Source of the DNA: Octopus sinensis
Lineage: Eukaryota
Reading direction: 5' to 3'
Assembly (NCBI RefSeq): GCF_006345805.1
Contig: NC_043025.1
Coordinates: 9,734,001-9,798,000 of the forward strand
DNA: 64,000 bases
In this document: in pieces, positions 12,022 to 64,000 of the stretch
How the letters are laid out: each line of letters opens with the position of its first letter
How positions within the stretch are numbered: the first letter of the stretch is position 1
Program-made: the position numbers and the translations under genes
Notes under the pieces: model-generated
Databases searched by the model: none
Seen by the model: the letters and a program-made list of their open reading frames with translations, nothing else
What the model was told of the DNA's origin: nothing

Positions 12022-13431
12022 CATATAATAATATATATATATATAATATAAATATAATATAATTATATAATATATATATATAATATATATATAATATAAT
12101 ATATATAATATAATATAATATATATAATTAATATATATATAATATAATATATATAATAATAATATATATATAATATATGATAATATAAATATAATATTAA
12201 TATATATATATATATATAATATAATATATATATAATAATATATATATAATATAATATATCATATAATATATAATTTAATATATATAATATAATATAATAT
12301 ATAATATATATATATATAATATAATATAATATAATATAATATAATATATATATAATATATATATAATATAATATATATATATATATATGTATATATATAT
12401 GTAATATATATATAATATAATATAATATATATATAATATATATATAATATAATATATATATATATATATATAATATAATATACTATTATATAATATATAT
12501 TAATATAATAATATATATATATATATAATATCATATTTAATATATATATAATTTATATAATATAATATATAATATCTAATATATAAATATAATGTAATAT
12601 AATCTTATATATAATATATATATATATAATATATATATAATATATATATATATAATATATAATATTATAATAATATATAATATATATAATATCTATATAA
12701 TATATATATTATATAACTATAATATATAATATAATATATAATATATATTATATATTATATTATATGATATATTATATTTATACTATTAATTTATATATTA
12801 TATTATATATATATTATATATATATTTACATATATATTATATATTAATTATATTATATATATATTATATTATATTATTATTATATTATATTATATATTAT
12901 ATTATATATATTATATATATATTATATCATATATTATATTATATATATATTATATTATTATAATTATATTATATATTATATTATATTATATATTGTTATA
13001 TATTTTTATATATATATATATAATTATAGTATTTATATATTATTATATCTATATATCATATTATATATTATATTATTATATATATTATATATATTTATAT
13101 ATTATATTATATTTATATTAATATAAATTATATATTATATTTATATATATATTATTATTATTATATTATATATATATATATCTATATTATATTATATTAT
13201 TTATAATTTATTATAATATTTTTATATATATATATATATTATATATTATATATTTTATATAATATAATATATATTATATTATATATCTATCATCTATATT
13301 ATATATATATTATTAATATTATATATTATATATATTATATTATATTATTCTTCTATATATATTATATTATATATATATATTATATTACATATTATTATTA
13401 TATTATATATATATTATATTATATACATATA
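10580..13431. repeat. About 2.85-kb AT-only low-complexity tract
   Basis: (TA)n/(ATA)n mosaics; polarity switch near 12745. Confidence 0.97.
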
Positions 13432-13738
13432 TTGGGTGGCAACTAAGTTTCTTTAAATTTTGGAATTTATTGCGTTTTTAAATTTTTAATACAGTTGTCT
13501 TCAAGAATTCTATCTTTGAATCATTTTGGAATCAATGTTTTTTGTTTTCTAGTTAATTATAATTAATTTTTGTTTATTTCCAGATCATTAAAATGGGATG
13601 TCAAGTTAAGAAAAACGAGCATTTTCAACACCTGCTTCTTTTTGAGTGAAAACCTTTTAATCAAGGTTCATAGGCTGCGAAAGCTGCTCGCTACATTTGT
13701 GCCGTGTATGGAGTGGGTGCCATAGCTGAAAGAACTGC
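13432..13738 (+). mobile_element. Mariner left end (TIR + transposase N-terminus), truncated
   Basis: TA|TTGGGTGGCAACTAAG TIR-like end; ATG at 13593 gives decayed MGCQVKKNEHF...KAAR.ICAVYG.GAIAERTA. Confidence 0.75.
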
Positions 13739-14089
13739 ACCCAACACCAGAGCAGAAGACACCTCCGGTAGAGGAGTAGGGGCTGAAGGCAGACGTGGTT
13801 CCTCCTGATGATGTCTTGAGCTAACTGGATCCTATAAAGGAGCTGTTGTGGTAGCAGACCATGAAACATGGTTGTAACTCCTCAGTATAAATAAGAGAGG
13901 ATTCTTTTAGTTTCCATTTACCAAGTTCACCAATCTGGGGATAAAGTAGAAGATGCTTGCCTAGGGTGCTAAGCAGTGGGACTGAACCACCCAACACCAG
14001 AGCTGAAGACACCTCCAAAAGGTGGGGCTCCGCCACATCAAAACGGTAGAGCAGTAGGGGCCGAAAGCGGATGTGGTTCCTCCTCTATT

Positions 14090-16500
14090 TCTGTGGTTTG
14101 GGTTTCAATTCCTTCCTGGTCTAAAAGTTGTTTTTTTTTTTTGTTATTAACTGAAATAAATTGAAATATCTTTATTTTCCCCTTAACATTGTTGCTGTTT
14201 TGTCTGTTAAATGGTGGTTTGGGTTTCAATTCCTTCCCAGTCAAAAAGTAATTTTTTTTTGTTATTAACTGAAATAAATTGAAATATCTTTTTTTTTTAC
14301 CCCTTAACATTGTTGCTGCTTTGTCTGTTAAATGGTGGTTTGGGTTTCAATTCCTTCCCGGTCTAAAAGTTATTTTTTTTTTGTTATTAACTGAAATAAA
14401 TTGAAATATCTTTTTTTTTTTACCCCTTAACATTGTTGCTGTTTTGTCTGTTAAATGGTGGTTTGGGTTTCAATTCCTTCCCGGTCTAAAAGTAATTTTG
14501 TATTTTACCCCTTAACATTCTTGCTGTTTTGTCTGTTAAAATGGTGGTTTGGGTTTCAATTCCTTCCCGGTCTAAAAGTAATTTTGTTTTTTACCCCTTA
14601 ACATTGTTGCTGTTTTGTCTGTTAAATGGTGGTTTGGGTTTCAATTCCTTCCCAGTCTAAAAGTAATTTTTTTTTTACCCCTTAACATTGTTGCTGCTTT
14701 GTCTGTTAAATGGTGGTTTGGGTTTCAATTCCTTCCCAGTCAAAAAGTACTTTTTTTTTGTTATTAACTGAAATAAATTTAAATATCTTTTTTTTTACCC
14801 CTTAACATTGTTGCTGCTTTGTCTGTTAAATGGTGGTTTGGGTTTCAATTCCTTCCCAGTCTAAAAGTAATTTTTTTTTACCCCTTAACATTCTTGCTGT
14901 TTTGTCTGTTAAATGGTGGTTTGGGTTTCAATTCCTTCCCAGTCTAAAAGTAATTTTGTTTTTTACCCCTTAACATTGTGGCTGTTTTGTCTGTTAAATG
15001 GTGGTTTGGGTTTCAATTCCTTCCCAGTCAAAAAGTACTTTTTTTTTTTGTTATTAACTGAAATAAATTTAAATATCTTTTTTTTTACCCCTTAACATTG
15101 TTGCTGCTTTGTCTGTTAAATGGTGGTTTGGCTTTCAATTCCTTCCCAGTCTAAAAGTAATTTTTTTTTACCCCTTAACATTGTTGCTGTTTTGTCTGTT
15201 AAATGGTGGTTTGGGTTTCAATTCCTTCCCAGTCTAAAAGTAATTTTTTTTACCCCTTAACATTGTTGCTGCTTTGTCTGTTAAATGGTGGTTTGGGTTT
15301 CAATTCCTTCCCGGTCTAAAAGTAATTTTTTTTTTGTTATTAACTGAAATAAATTTAAATATCTTTTTTTTTTACCCCTTAACATTGTTGCTGTTTTGTC
15401 TGTTAAATGGTGGTTTGGGTTTCAATTCCTTCCCGGTCTAAAAGTAATTTTTTTTTTGTTTTATTAACTGAAATAAATTTAAATATCTTTTTTTTTTACC
15501 CCTTAACATTGTTGCTGTTTTGTCTGTTAAATGGTGGTTTGGGTTTCAATTCCTTCCCGGTCTAAAAGTAATTTTGTATTTTACCCCTTAACATTCTTGC
15601 TGTTTTGTCTGTTAAAATGGTGGTTTGGGTTTCAATTCCTTCCCGGTCTAAAAGTAATTTTGTTTTTTACCCCTTAACATTGTTGCTGTTTTGTCTGTTA
15701 AATGGTGGTTTGGGTTTCAATTCCTTCCCAGTCTAAAAGTAATTTTTTTTTACCCCTTAACATTGTTGCTGCTTTGTCTGTTAAATGGTGGTTTGGGTTT
15801 CAATTCCTTCCCAGTCAAAAAGTACTTTTTTTTTTGTTATTAACTGAAATAAATTTAAATATCTTTTTTTTTACCCCTTAACATTGTTGCTGCTTTGTCT
15901 GTTAAATGGTGGTTTGGGTTTCAATTCCTTCCCAGTCTAAAAGTAATTTTTTTTTACCCCTTAACATTGTTGCTGTTTTGTCTGTTAAATGGTGGTTTGG
16001 GTTTCAATTCCTTCCAGGTCTAAAAGTAATTTTGTTTTTTACCCCTTAACATTCTTGCTGCTTTGTCTGTTAAATGGTGGTTTGGGTTTCAATTCCTTCC
16101 CAGTCTAAAAGTATTTTTTTTTACCCCTTAACATTGTTGCTGTTTTGTCTGTTAAATGGTGGTTTGGGTTTCAATTCCTTCCAGGTCTAAAAGTAATTTT
16201 GTTTTTTACCCCTTAACATTCTTGCTGTTTTGTCTGTTAAATGGTGGTTTGGGTTTCAATTCCTTTCCGGTCCAAAAGTAATTTTTTTTTTGTTATTAAC
16301 TGAAATAAATTTAAATATCTTTTTTTTTACCCCTTAACATTGTGGCTGTTCTGTCTGTTAAATGGTGGTTTGGGTTTCGATTCCTTCCCAGTCAAAAAGT
16401 AATTTTTTTTTGGTGGTTTGGGTTTCAATTCCTTCCCAGTCAAAAAGTAATTTTTTTTTGGTGGTTTGGGTTTCAATGTCTTCCCAATCTAAAAGCATTT
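14090..16500 (+). repeat. Tandem array of about 84/120-bp units (left arm of foldback structure)
   Basis: Unit core AAATGGTGGTTTGGGTTTCAATTCCTTCCCAGTC repeated more than 20 times. Confidence 0.95.
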
Positions 16501-16570
16501 TTTTTTTTGTTATTTACTGAAATAGATTTAAATATATGAATTTTTCCATTAATTTTGTAGTAGCTTCTGT

Positions 16571-16752
16571 GGCCTAGTAGGTAAGGTGCTAGAAGTAGTG
16601 GCATAATAATGGTTGAGGTTTCAAACCTCTGCCAGGAAATCAAGATTTTTCACTTTTTGTCTCTAGTGGAAAAAAAAAATGAATTTCCTGGCAGAGGTTT
16701 GAAACCTCAACCATTATTATGCCACTACTTCTAGCACCTTACCTACTAGGCC
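16571..16752. repeat. Perfect 70-bp inverted repeat, 42-nt loop, tRNA-like arms
   Basis: 16571-16640 is the exact reverse complement of 16683-16752. Confidence 0.95.
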
Positions 16753-16799
16753 GAAGCTGCTACAAAATTAATGGAAAATTCAGATATTTAAATCTATTT

Positions 16800-17310
16800 T
16801 CAGTAAATAAACAAAAAAAAATTAATTTTAGACTGGGAAGACATTGAAACCCAAACCACCAAAAAAAATTACTTTTTGACTTGGAAGACATTGAAACCCA
16901 AACCACCAAAAAAAAATTACTTTTTGACTGGGAAGACATTGAAACCCAAACCACCAAAAAAAAATTACTTTTTGACTGGGAAGACATTGAAACCCCAACC
17001 ACCAAAAAAAAATTACTTTTTGACTTGGAAGACATTGAAACCCCAACCACCAAAAAAAAAATTACTTTTTGACTGGGAAGACATTGAAACCCAAACCACC
17101 AAAAATAAATTACTTTTTGACTGGGAAGACATTGAAACCCCAACCACCAAAAAAAAATTACTTTTTGACTGGGAAGACATTGAAACCCCAACCACCAAAA
17201 AAAATTACTTTTTGACTGGGAAGACATTGAAACCCAAACCACTATTGAACAGGCAAAGCAGCAACAATGTTAAGGGGTAAAAAAATAATAAAGATATTTA
17301 AATTTATTTA
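16800..17310 (-). repeat. Inverted copy of the tandem array (right arm); further inverted units at 17430-17540, 17745-17850, 18345-18420
   Basis: GACTGGGAAGACATTGAAACCCAAACCACC units. Confidence 0.9.
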
Positions 17311-19044
17311 AATTTGGTAATTATGGCAAAGCTGTCTTCAGACCCATTTTTCACACACACACACACACACACAATGCTTCGTTGTTTACTCCAGATCAGT
17401 TCTACTCCACCAGACCAATTTCAGTTAATAAAAATAATTTTAGACTGGGAAGGAATTGAAACCCAAACCACCATTTAACAGAACAGCAGTAACAAATGTT
17501 AAAGGGTAAAAATAAAAAAAAGATATTTAAATTTATTTAAATTTTTGTGCCTAATGAAAAGATTTGGTAACTATGGCAAGGCTGTCTTGAGACCCATTTT
17601 TCACACACACACACACACTATGCTTCATTGTTTACTCCAGATTAGTTCTACTCTACCAGACCAATTATAATTAACGACACTCCAGTTGTGACCATCTCTA
17701 GCCACTTGTCTATAATCATAATAATTCACTTAATAACAAGAAAATAATTTTTAGACTGGGAAGGAATTGAAACCCAAACCACCATTTAACAGACAAAGCA
17801 GCAACAATGTTAAGGGGAAAATAAATTATTTAAATTCATTTCAGTTACTCTTTTACTTGTTTCAGTCATTTGACCGTGGCCATGCTGGAGCACCGCCTTT
17901 AGTCGAGCAAATCGACCCTGGGACTTATTCTTTGTAAGCCCAGTACTTATTCTATCGGTCTCTTTTGCCAAACCGCTAAGTAGCGGGGACATAAACACAC
18001 CAGCATCTGTTGTCAAGCAATGCTAGGGGGACAAACAGACACACATATATATATATATATACATATATGCGACGGGCTTCTTTCAGTTTCCGTCTACCAA
18101 ATCCACTCACAAGGCATTAGTCGGCCCGGGGCTATAGTAGAAGACACTTGCCCAAGGTGCCACGCAGTGGGACTGAACCCGGAACCATGTGGTTGGTTAG
18201 CAAGCTACTTACCACACAATACATATATACGACAGGCTTCTTTCAGTTTCCATCTACCAAATCCACTCACAAGGCTTTGGTCGGCCCGAGGCTATAGTAG
18301 AAGACACTTGCCCAAGGTGCCACGCAGTGGGACTGAACCCGGAACCAGTTAATAACAAAAAAAAAACCTTTTTAGACTGGGAAGGAATTGAAACCCAAAC
18401 CACCATTTAACAGACAAAGGTGACATTTTTAACAGGAACAACAGATAAATTTGTATTGTTTGATGTTCTTTTATTACAATAAAGGAAAAAAGAAATGCCA
18501 TACAAGCAGTAAAAAAAAAATTTTTTAAATACATGCAATTTACAGAAATGGTGCCATAGGCTGAGAGAACAGTTCTTGAATGGTTTGCAAGATTTAAAAG
18601 TGAAAATTTTTATCTGGAAGACCAAGAATATTCAGGTAAACTTACGCTGATAAAAAATAATCCTAGTCACTTGTGGTTCTGAAGAATTACTCCACATTAC
18701 TCCAGGAGTGGCTGTGTGGTTTCCTTTGAAGAAATACATCCGGAACTGATCAATTGGTAAAATGCTGTCTTCTTTCAGGACAAAAACTAGACTTCCTGTT
18801 CCCTTGCAGATCCAACAGAGATTGGTAGAGCGAGTTTGTGTAGGATATCCTACCACACACACTATACACCTTTCAGATTACCAATATATTGATCCTTACA
18901 AAATTCTGACAATTAGAACTTCAGTTCTTTGGAAGACTGTAGAATCCATTTAGACCAGTCTAAGGAAGTGGACAAGTTCTGTGAGTTAAGAATCATGACG
19001 CTGTCTCAAAGATGGCGAAGGGTAGTGGAACAAAATGGGACATA

Positions 19045-20113
19045 TGAGGAGGTTCCCAAAAGTAACCAGAAATGTGCTCTGTGGGATAAGCCACTTGATG
19101 TGACCCTCAGGCATCATTCTGCCAGCCAGCAGCGTCAGGCAAAGTCAAACTGCAACATGGTGCCTTTGTTTTGCACTGCTTCTTCCCTGTTTGTCAATTA
19201 TTTTGATGCCTAAAACGAAGGAACAGCAGCCCCAAAACAGGTGTCAGGCTCTTCAATCAAACAGCTTACAAGGACACTGACATGAGCAAAACACTAGTTT
19301 AAGCTATAGAAATGGTCACTTGTCATTTGAAGACCAAGCACATTCAGGGCGGCCGTCAACCTCCCAAACAAATGAACACATCACGAAAATTCTTGAAGTG
19401 ATCTTGGAGGACCATCGACAAACAATTAGCAAACTTGTTGATTTAATTAGTGTGTCCTGGAGCGCCTGCTAACAAATTTTAAGCGTGCTTTGCTTGCTCA
19501 TGGAAGATCAAAAGCAGTCATGACAGAATTCATGTCGTGAACTGAAAGGAGAGTTTGAAGTTGATCCAGACCCTTCTTTGAAGGACATCATTGGTATGAA
19601 AGCTGGTGCTACGGAATTTGCAGATGTGGAAGGTGTGGGGAAAAAAAAAGGGATGGAGGCATCACTTTGTAAAGAGTTCCGGCACTGCTCCAAATAGTGG
19701 AAAACGCATCTGCACCAATGCATTGCTTCAAATCTTTATATATAAAACTGAAGTTGTGTGAGAGTCTGTCTCCTACGATTTAGATTCCTAACTACTCCCA
19801 CATTTTGCGGTGCAGTTTAACCAAAAGCGGGTATCCAATAGTCGTGATTCATATCGAGCCCTTCTGGGTATTAGCACGCATCTACGATGAGTCTACGATT
19901 TAAAAAAAAATTTACCATAATTTTTTCGTTTTTTAATGCATTTTTTGCTCGGTTTATATAAGGGAAGTAAAATGCTTATATAGTTATTTCCCTTACAAAG
20001 CCGGGCAATACTGCTAGTGGAGAATGCTTTGAAGGCAATAAGAGTGTAAACATGTAAAACTAAAGGAAAAACATCATATTGCAAACTTCGGGTTTCTTTT
20101 CGGAAGCCCCTCA
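19045..20113 (+). mobile_element. Second Tc1/mariner element (element B) with 27-bp imperfect TIRs and TA target duplication
   Basis: TA|TGAGGAGGTTCCCAAAAGTAACCAGAA ... TTCGGGTTTCTTTTCGGAAGCCCCTCA|TA; internal ED...SGRPSTS and CIAS|NGE.FEG transposase remnants. Confidence 0.8.
19733..20017 (+). mobile_element. Internally deleted copy of the same Helitron family, inserted in mariner B
   Basis: Shares both ends with 2930-3442; A|TC...CTAG|T junctions. Confidence 0.8.
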
Positions 20114-20155
20114 TATGTGGTTGAATAAAACTATGTACAAATCTCTAAATATCGC

Positions 20156-20165
20156 TTTATTTATT
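20156..20165 (-). terminator. Candidate MCM4 poly(A) signal (two overlapping AATAAA)
   Basis: First AATAAA/ATTAAA I find on the minus strand downstream of the stop codon (about 355 nt). Confidence 0.5.
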
Positions 20166-20518
20166 TTACCTAAAATAAAATGATCCACACTTTTGTCCCA
20201 ACCTAATATATACAATGAGTGTTCTTACTAGACATATATACACAAATAATGTTAATTTTTTTTATCTGGACATAGATAAAAAAATTAAGTTTGACTTACC
20301 CAGGACATGAAATAATGGGTTTTTTTGACAGGACATACACAAATAAAGGGAATGAATTTTTTTTTTTTTTATCAGAACATTTTTCTTTTTTTGCTCATTT
20401 AACAACCAGTCGATCGTTAATCACAGAAAATCACTATTATCGAGTTCACCGTTTTACATGCGAATAAAGAACCTTCCGGAATGCCCCAAGAAGAACAATG
20501 TCTGGGAATGGATGTCTG

Positions 20519-61140
<40,622 letters not shown>

Positions 61141-63765
61141 AATTTATCTTTATCGGCTTGACAGGAGAATCTAGAAATATAGAGAGGGGCGAAATGCAAC
61201 ATCAAAGAAATAGTCATATACGTGTGTATGAGGGTTAGGGTGTATTAACAAGGAAAGGGCCGTAAGTGGACCCTTGTAAAAATAAAATTTCTGTGAAAGC
61301 AGATACGATAATCCCTCGACTAATAGGCGCAGGAGTGGCTGTGTGGTAAGTAGCTTGCTAACCAACCACATGGTTCCGGGTTCAGTCTCACTGCGTGGCA
61401 TCTTGGGCAAGTGTCTTCTGCTATAGCCCCAGGCCGACCAAAGCCTTATGAGTGGATTTGGTAGACGGAAACTGAAAGAAGCCCGTCGTATATATGTAGG
61501 AGTGGCTGTGTGGTAAGTAGCTTGCTAACCAACCACATGGTTCCGGGTTCAGTCTCACTGCGTGGCATCTTGGGCAAGTGTCTTCTGCTATAGCCCCAGG
61601 CCGACCAAAGCCTTATGAGTGGATTTGGTAGACGGAAACTGAAAGAAGCCCGTCGTATATATGTAGGAGTGGCTGTGTGGTAAGTAGCTTGCTAACCAAC
61701 CACATGGTTCCGGGTTCAGTCTCACTGCGTGGCATCTTGGGCAAGTGTCTTCTGCTATAGCCCCAGGCCGACCAATGCCTTGTGAGTGGATTTGGTAGAC
61801 AGAAACTGAAAGAAGCCCGTCGTATATTTGTATATATATATGTGTGTGTGCCTGTGTTTGTTCCCCTAGCATTGCTTGACAACCAATGCTGGTGTGTTTA
61901 CGTCCCCGTCACTTAGCAGTTCGGCAAAAGAGACCGATAGAATAAGTACAGGGCCTACAAAGAATAAGTGCCGGGGTCGATTTGCTTGACTAAAGGCGGT
62001 GCTCCAGCATGGCCGCAGTCAAATGACTGAAACAAGTAAAAGAGACTATCGCGACTATTATGTTCCAAACCGCGAAATAGAAACAGTACTGTACTCTTTA
62101 CTCTGTTACTTGTTTCAGTCATTTGAATGCGGCCATGCTGGAGCACCCGCCTTTAGTCGAGTAAACCGACCCAGGACTTATTCTTTGTAAACCTAGTATT
62201 TATTCTATCGGTCTTTTTTGCCGAACCGCTAAGTTACGGGGACGTAAACACACCAGCATATACACACACATACATATACACAACGGGCTTCTTTCAGTTT
62301 CCGTCTACCAAATCCACTCACAAGGCTTTGGTCGGCCCAAAGACTCAGTGAATGCCGCTCAGCGGGACTGAACATAAACCCGCATGGCTGGGATGCCAGC
62401 TTCTTAACCACACAACCCTTATTACAAGACATGAGGCTCCCTTCCCGTTCATAAATTCAAATTTCCAAAGAGCTAAAAGCCACCTCTTTCTTCTCTAACA
62501 AATTATTTACTAGTAAGAGTTGTCTCCCCCTAGCATCTTCCACCCAGTTTACGGTTGTTTATTCTACAATAAAAGAACAGCATTCTGCTAATCCATTCTT
62601 CTTTCGTATGTACGTTCTTCTTTATAGCCAGCATTGTGGAAAAGTGTCTGTATACCAACTGGCCATATAGTCTAATAATGGGCATGCCTGCACTTTCGTA
62701 CCCCACCGATTTCGTTTCATCATAGCAAAGATTTGGGTGTTTTTCAATGAAATTTCCTACAAATACATTTCAGATGGCGTAGATTTGGATTATTAAACTC
62801 TTTACTCTTTTGCTTATTTCAGTCATGTGACTGTGGCCATGCTGGAGCACCGCCTTTTAGTCGAGAAAATCTACCCCCAGGACTTATTCTTTGTAAGCCT
62901 AGTACTTATTCTATCGGTCTCTTTTGCCGAACCGCCTAACTAACGGGGACATAAACCCAGCATCGGTTGTCAAGCAATGTTGGGGGGGGGGACAAACATA
63001 CACATACTCTTTTACTTGTTTCAGTCATTTGACTGCGGCCATGCTGGAGCACCGCCTTTAGTCGAGCAATACTCTTTCACTTGTTTCAGTCATTTGACTG
63101 CGACCATGCTGGAGCACCGCCTTTAGTCGAGCAAATCGACCCCAAGACTTATTCTTTGTAAGCCTAGTACTTATTCTATCGGTCTTTTTTTGCCGAACCG
63201 CTAAGTTACGGGAACATAAACACACCAGCATCGGTTGTCAAGCGAATGTTCGGGGAGACAAACACAACAGACAAATATATACATATATATATATATGTAT
63301 ACATATATATACGACGGGTTTCTTTCAGTTTCCGTCTAACAAATCCACTCACAAGGCTTTGGTCGGCCCGAGGCTATAGTAGAAGACACTTGCCCCAAGA
63401 TGCCACACAGTGGGACTGAACCCGGAACCATGTGGTTGGTTAGCAAGCTACTTACCACACAGCCACTCCTGTGCCTATTTATATATATATATGATGGGCT
63501 TCTTTCAGTTTCCCCTCTACCAAATCCACTCACAAGGCTTTGGTCGGCCTGAGGCTATAGTAGAAGACACTTGCCCAAGGTGCCACGCAGTGGGACTGAA
63601 CCCGGAACCATGTGGTTGGTTAGCAAGCTACTTACCACACAGCCACTCCTACGCCTATGGGAATCATATTAAACACAAAAAAAGGCTGATTCTGACACAT
63701 ATAAAATACAAGAATAACGTCATGGTTTTTTAATAGGTACACGTTTATTAAAATTTTACAATTAC

Positions 63766-63855
63766 TTCGAAGGTTTAGCCTGCAGCTAGCAAAATTTTTT
63801 TTCCCACGGGAGTTCCGTAACCCAGTAATTAACTCTTTTGCATACAGCCAATCAG
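63766..63855 (-). promoter_or_regulatory. Candidate MCM4 promoter / non-coding first exon
   Basis: Unique island among SINEs with NF-Y consensus AGCCAATCAG (63846-63855), CGTGGGAAA (CSL-consensus / 1-mismatch E2F) and a possible donor AA|GTAATT at 63765; an upstream exon is required by the acceptor at 61171. Confidence 0.35.
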
Positions 63856-64000
63856 AGCTCGCCTTGATCTTGCTGTCAACTTAAATACACTCGACGAAGA
63901 AAACTCAAGACGAACAACGATGTTCTAAGTCGACCGATCGCCAAGTTATGCCTGGAGTGGCTGTGTGGTAAGTAGCTTGCTTCCCAACCACATGGTTCTG

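Larger units (their letters stand above)
18440..20206 (+). mobile_element. Decayed, internally deleted mariner (element A), interrupted by element B
   Basis: HTH remnant 18440-18700, catalytic remnant (HQDN/PHPPYSP-like, RWRRVVEQNGTY|VVE*) and right TIR CTTTTGTCCCAACCTAA followed by TA. Confidence 0.75.

Noticed and set aside
13432-20206. One large composite mariner spanning 13.4-20.2 kb
   Set aside because: The left and right TIRs differ, and the two N-terminal transposase fragments overlap in protein coordinates, so they are separate elements.
62690-62720. Box C (ATGATGA, minus strand) of a possible intronic snoRNA
   Set aside because: No box D (CTGA) or terminal stem at a suitable distance.

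Overview
Repeat-dense eukaryotic genomic DNA. The SINE/LINE families and very long (TA)n/(AAT)n tracts point to a coleoid cephalopod, most likely Octopus (inference). The main gene is a minus-strand MCM4 replicative helicase subunit that I assembled by hand from 17 coding exons (ATG at 61140, TAA at 20519, all GT-AG, phases consistent, about 893 aa). It includes a 33-nt micro-exon missing from the ORF track and one 1-nt frameshift at 47698 that is probably an assembly error. A CpG-rich NRF1/GABP-type promoter with a non-coding first exon at about 2.3 kb starts an unidentified plus-strand unit. The rest is tRNA-derived SINEs, RTE/CR1/Tx1 LINE fragments, mariner, Helitron and MITE remnants, and mini/microsatellites. 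The most unusual signals are: (i) a Penelope-type minimal hammerhead ribozyme with a compensatory U3-A8 core, lying in the loop of a perfect 143-bp inverted repeat in an MCM4 intron (sense strand), within a cluster of three large hairpin elements; (ii) a foldback-like structure at 14-17 kb whose centre is two convergent tRNA-like Pol III cassettes; (iii) a mariner>mariner>Helitron nest whose outer element may supply the MCM4 poly(A) signal; (iv) an RTE reverse transcriptase with a PHD finger inserted inside the RT domain.
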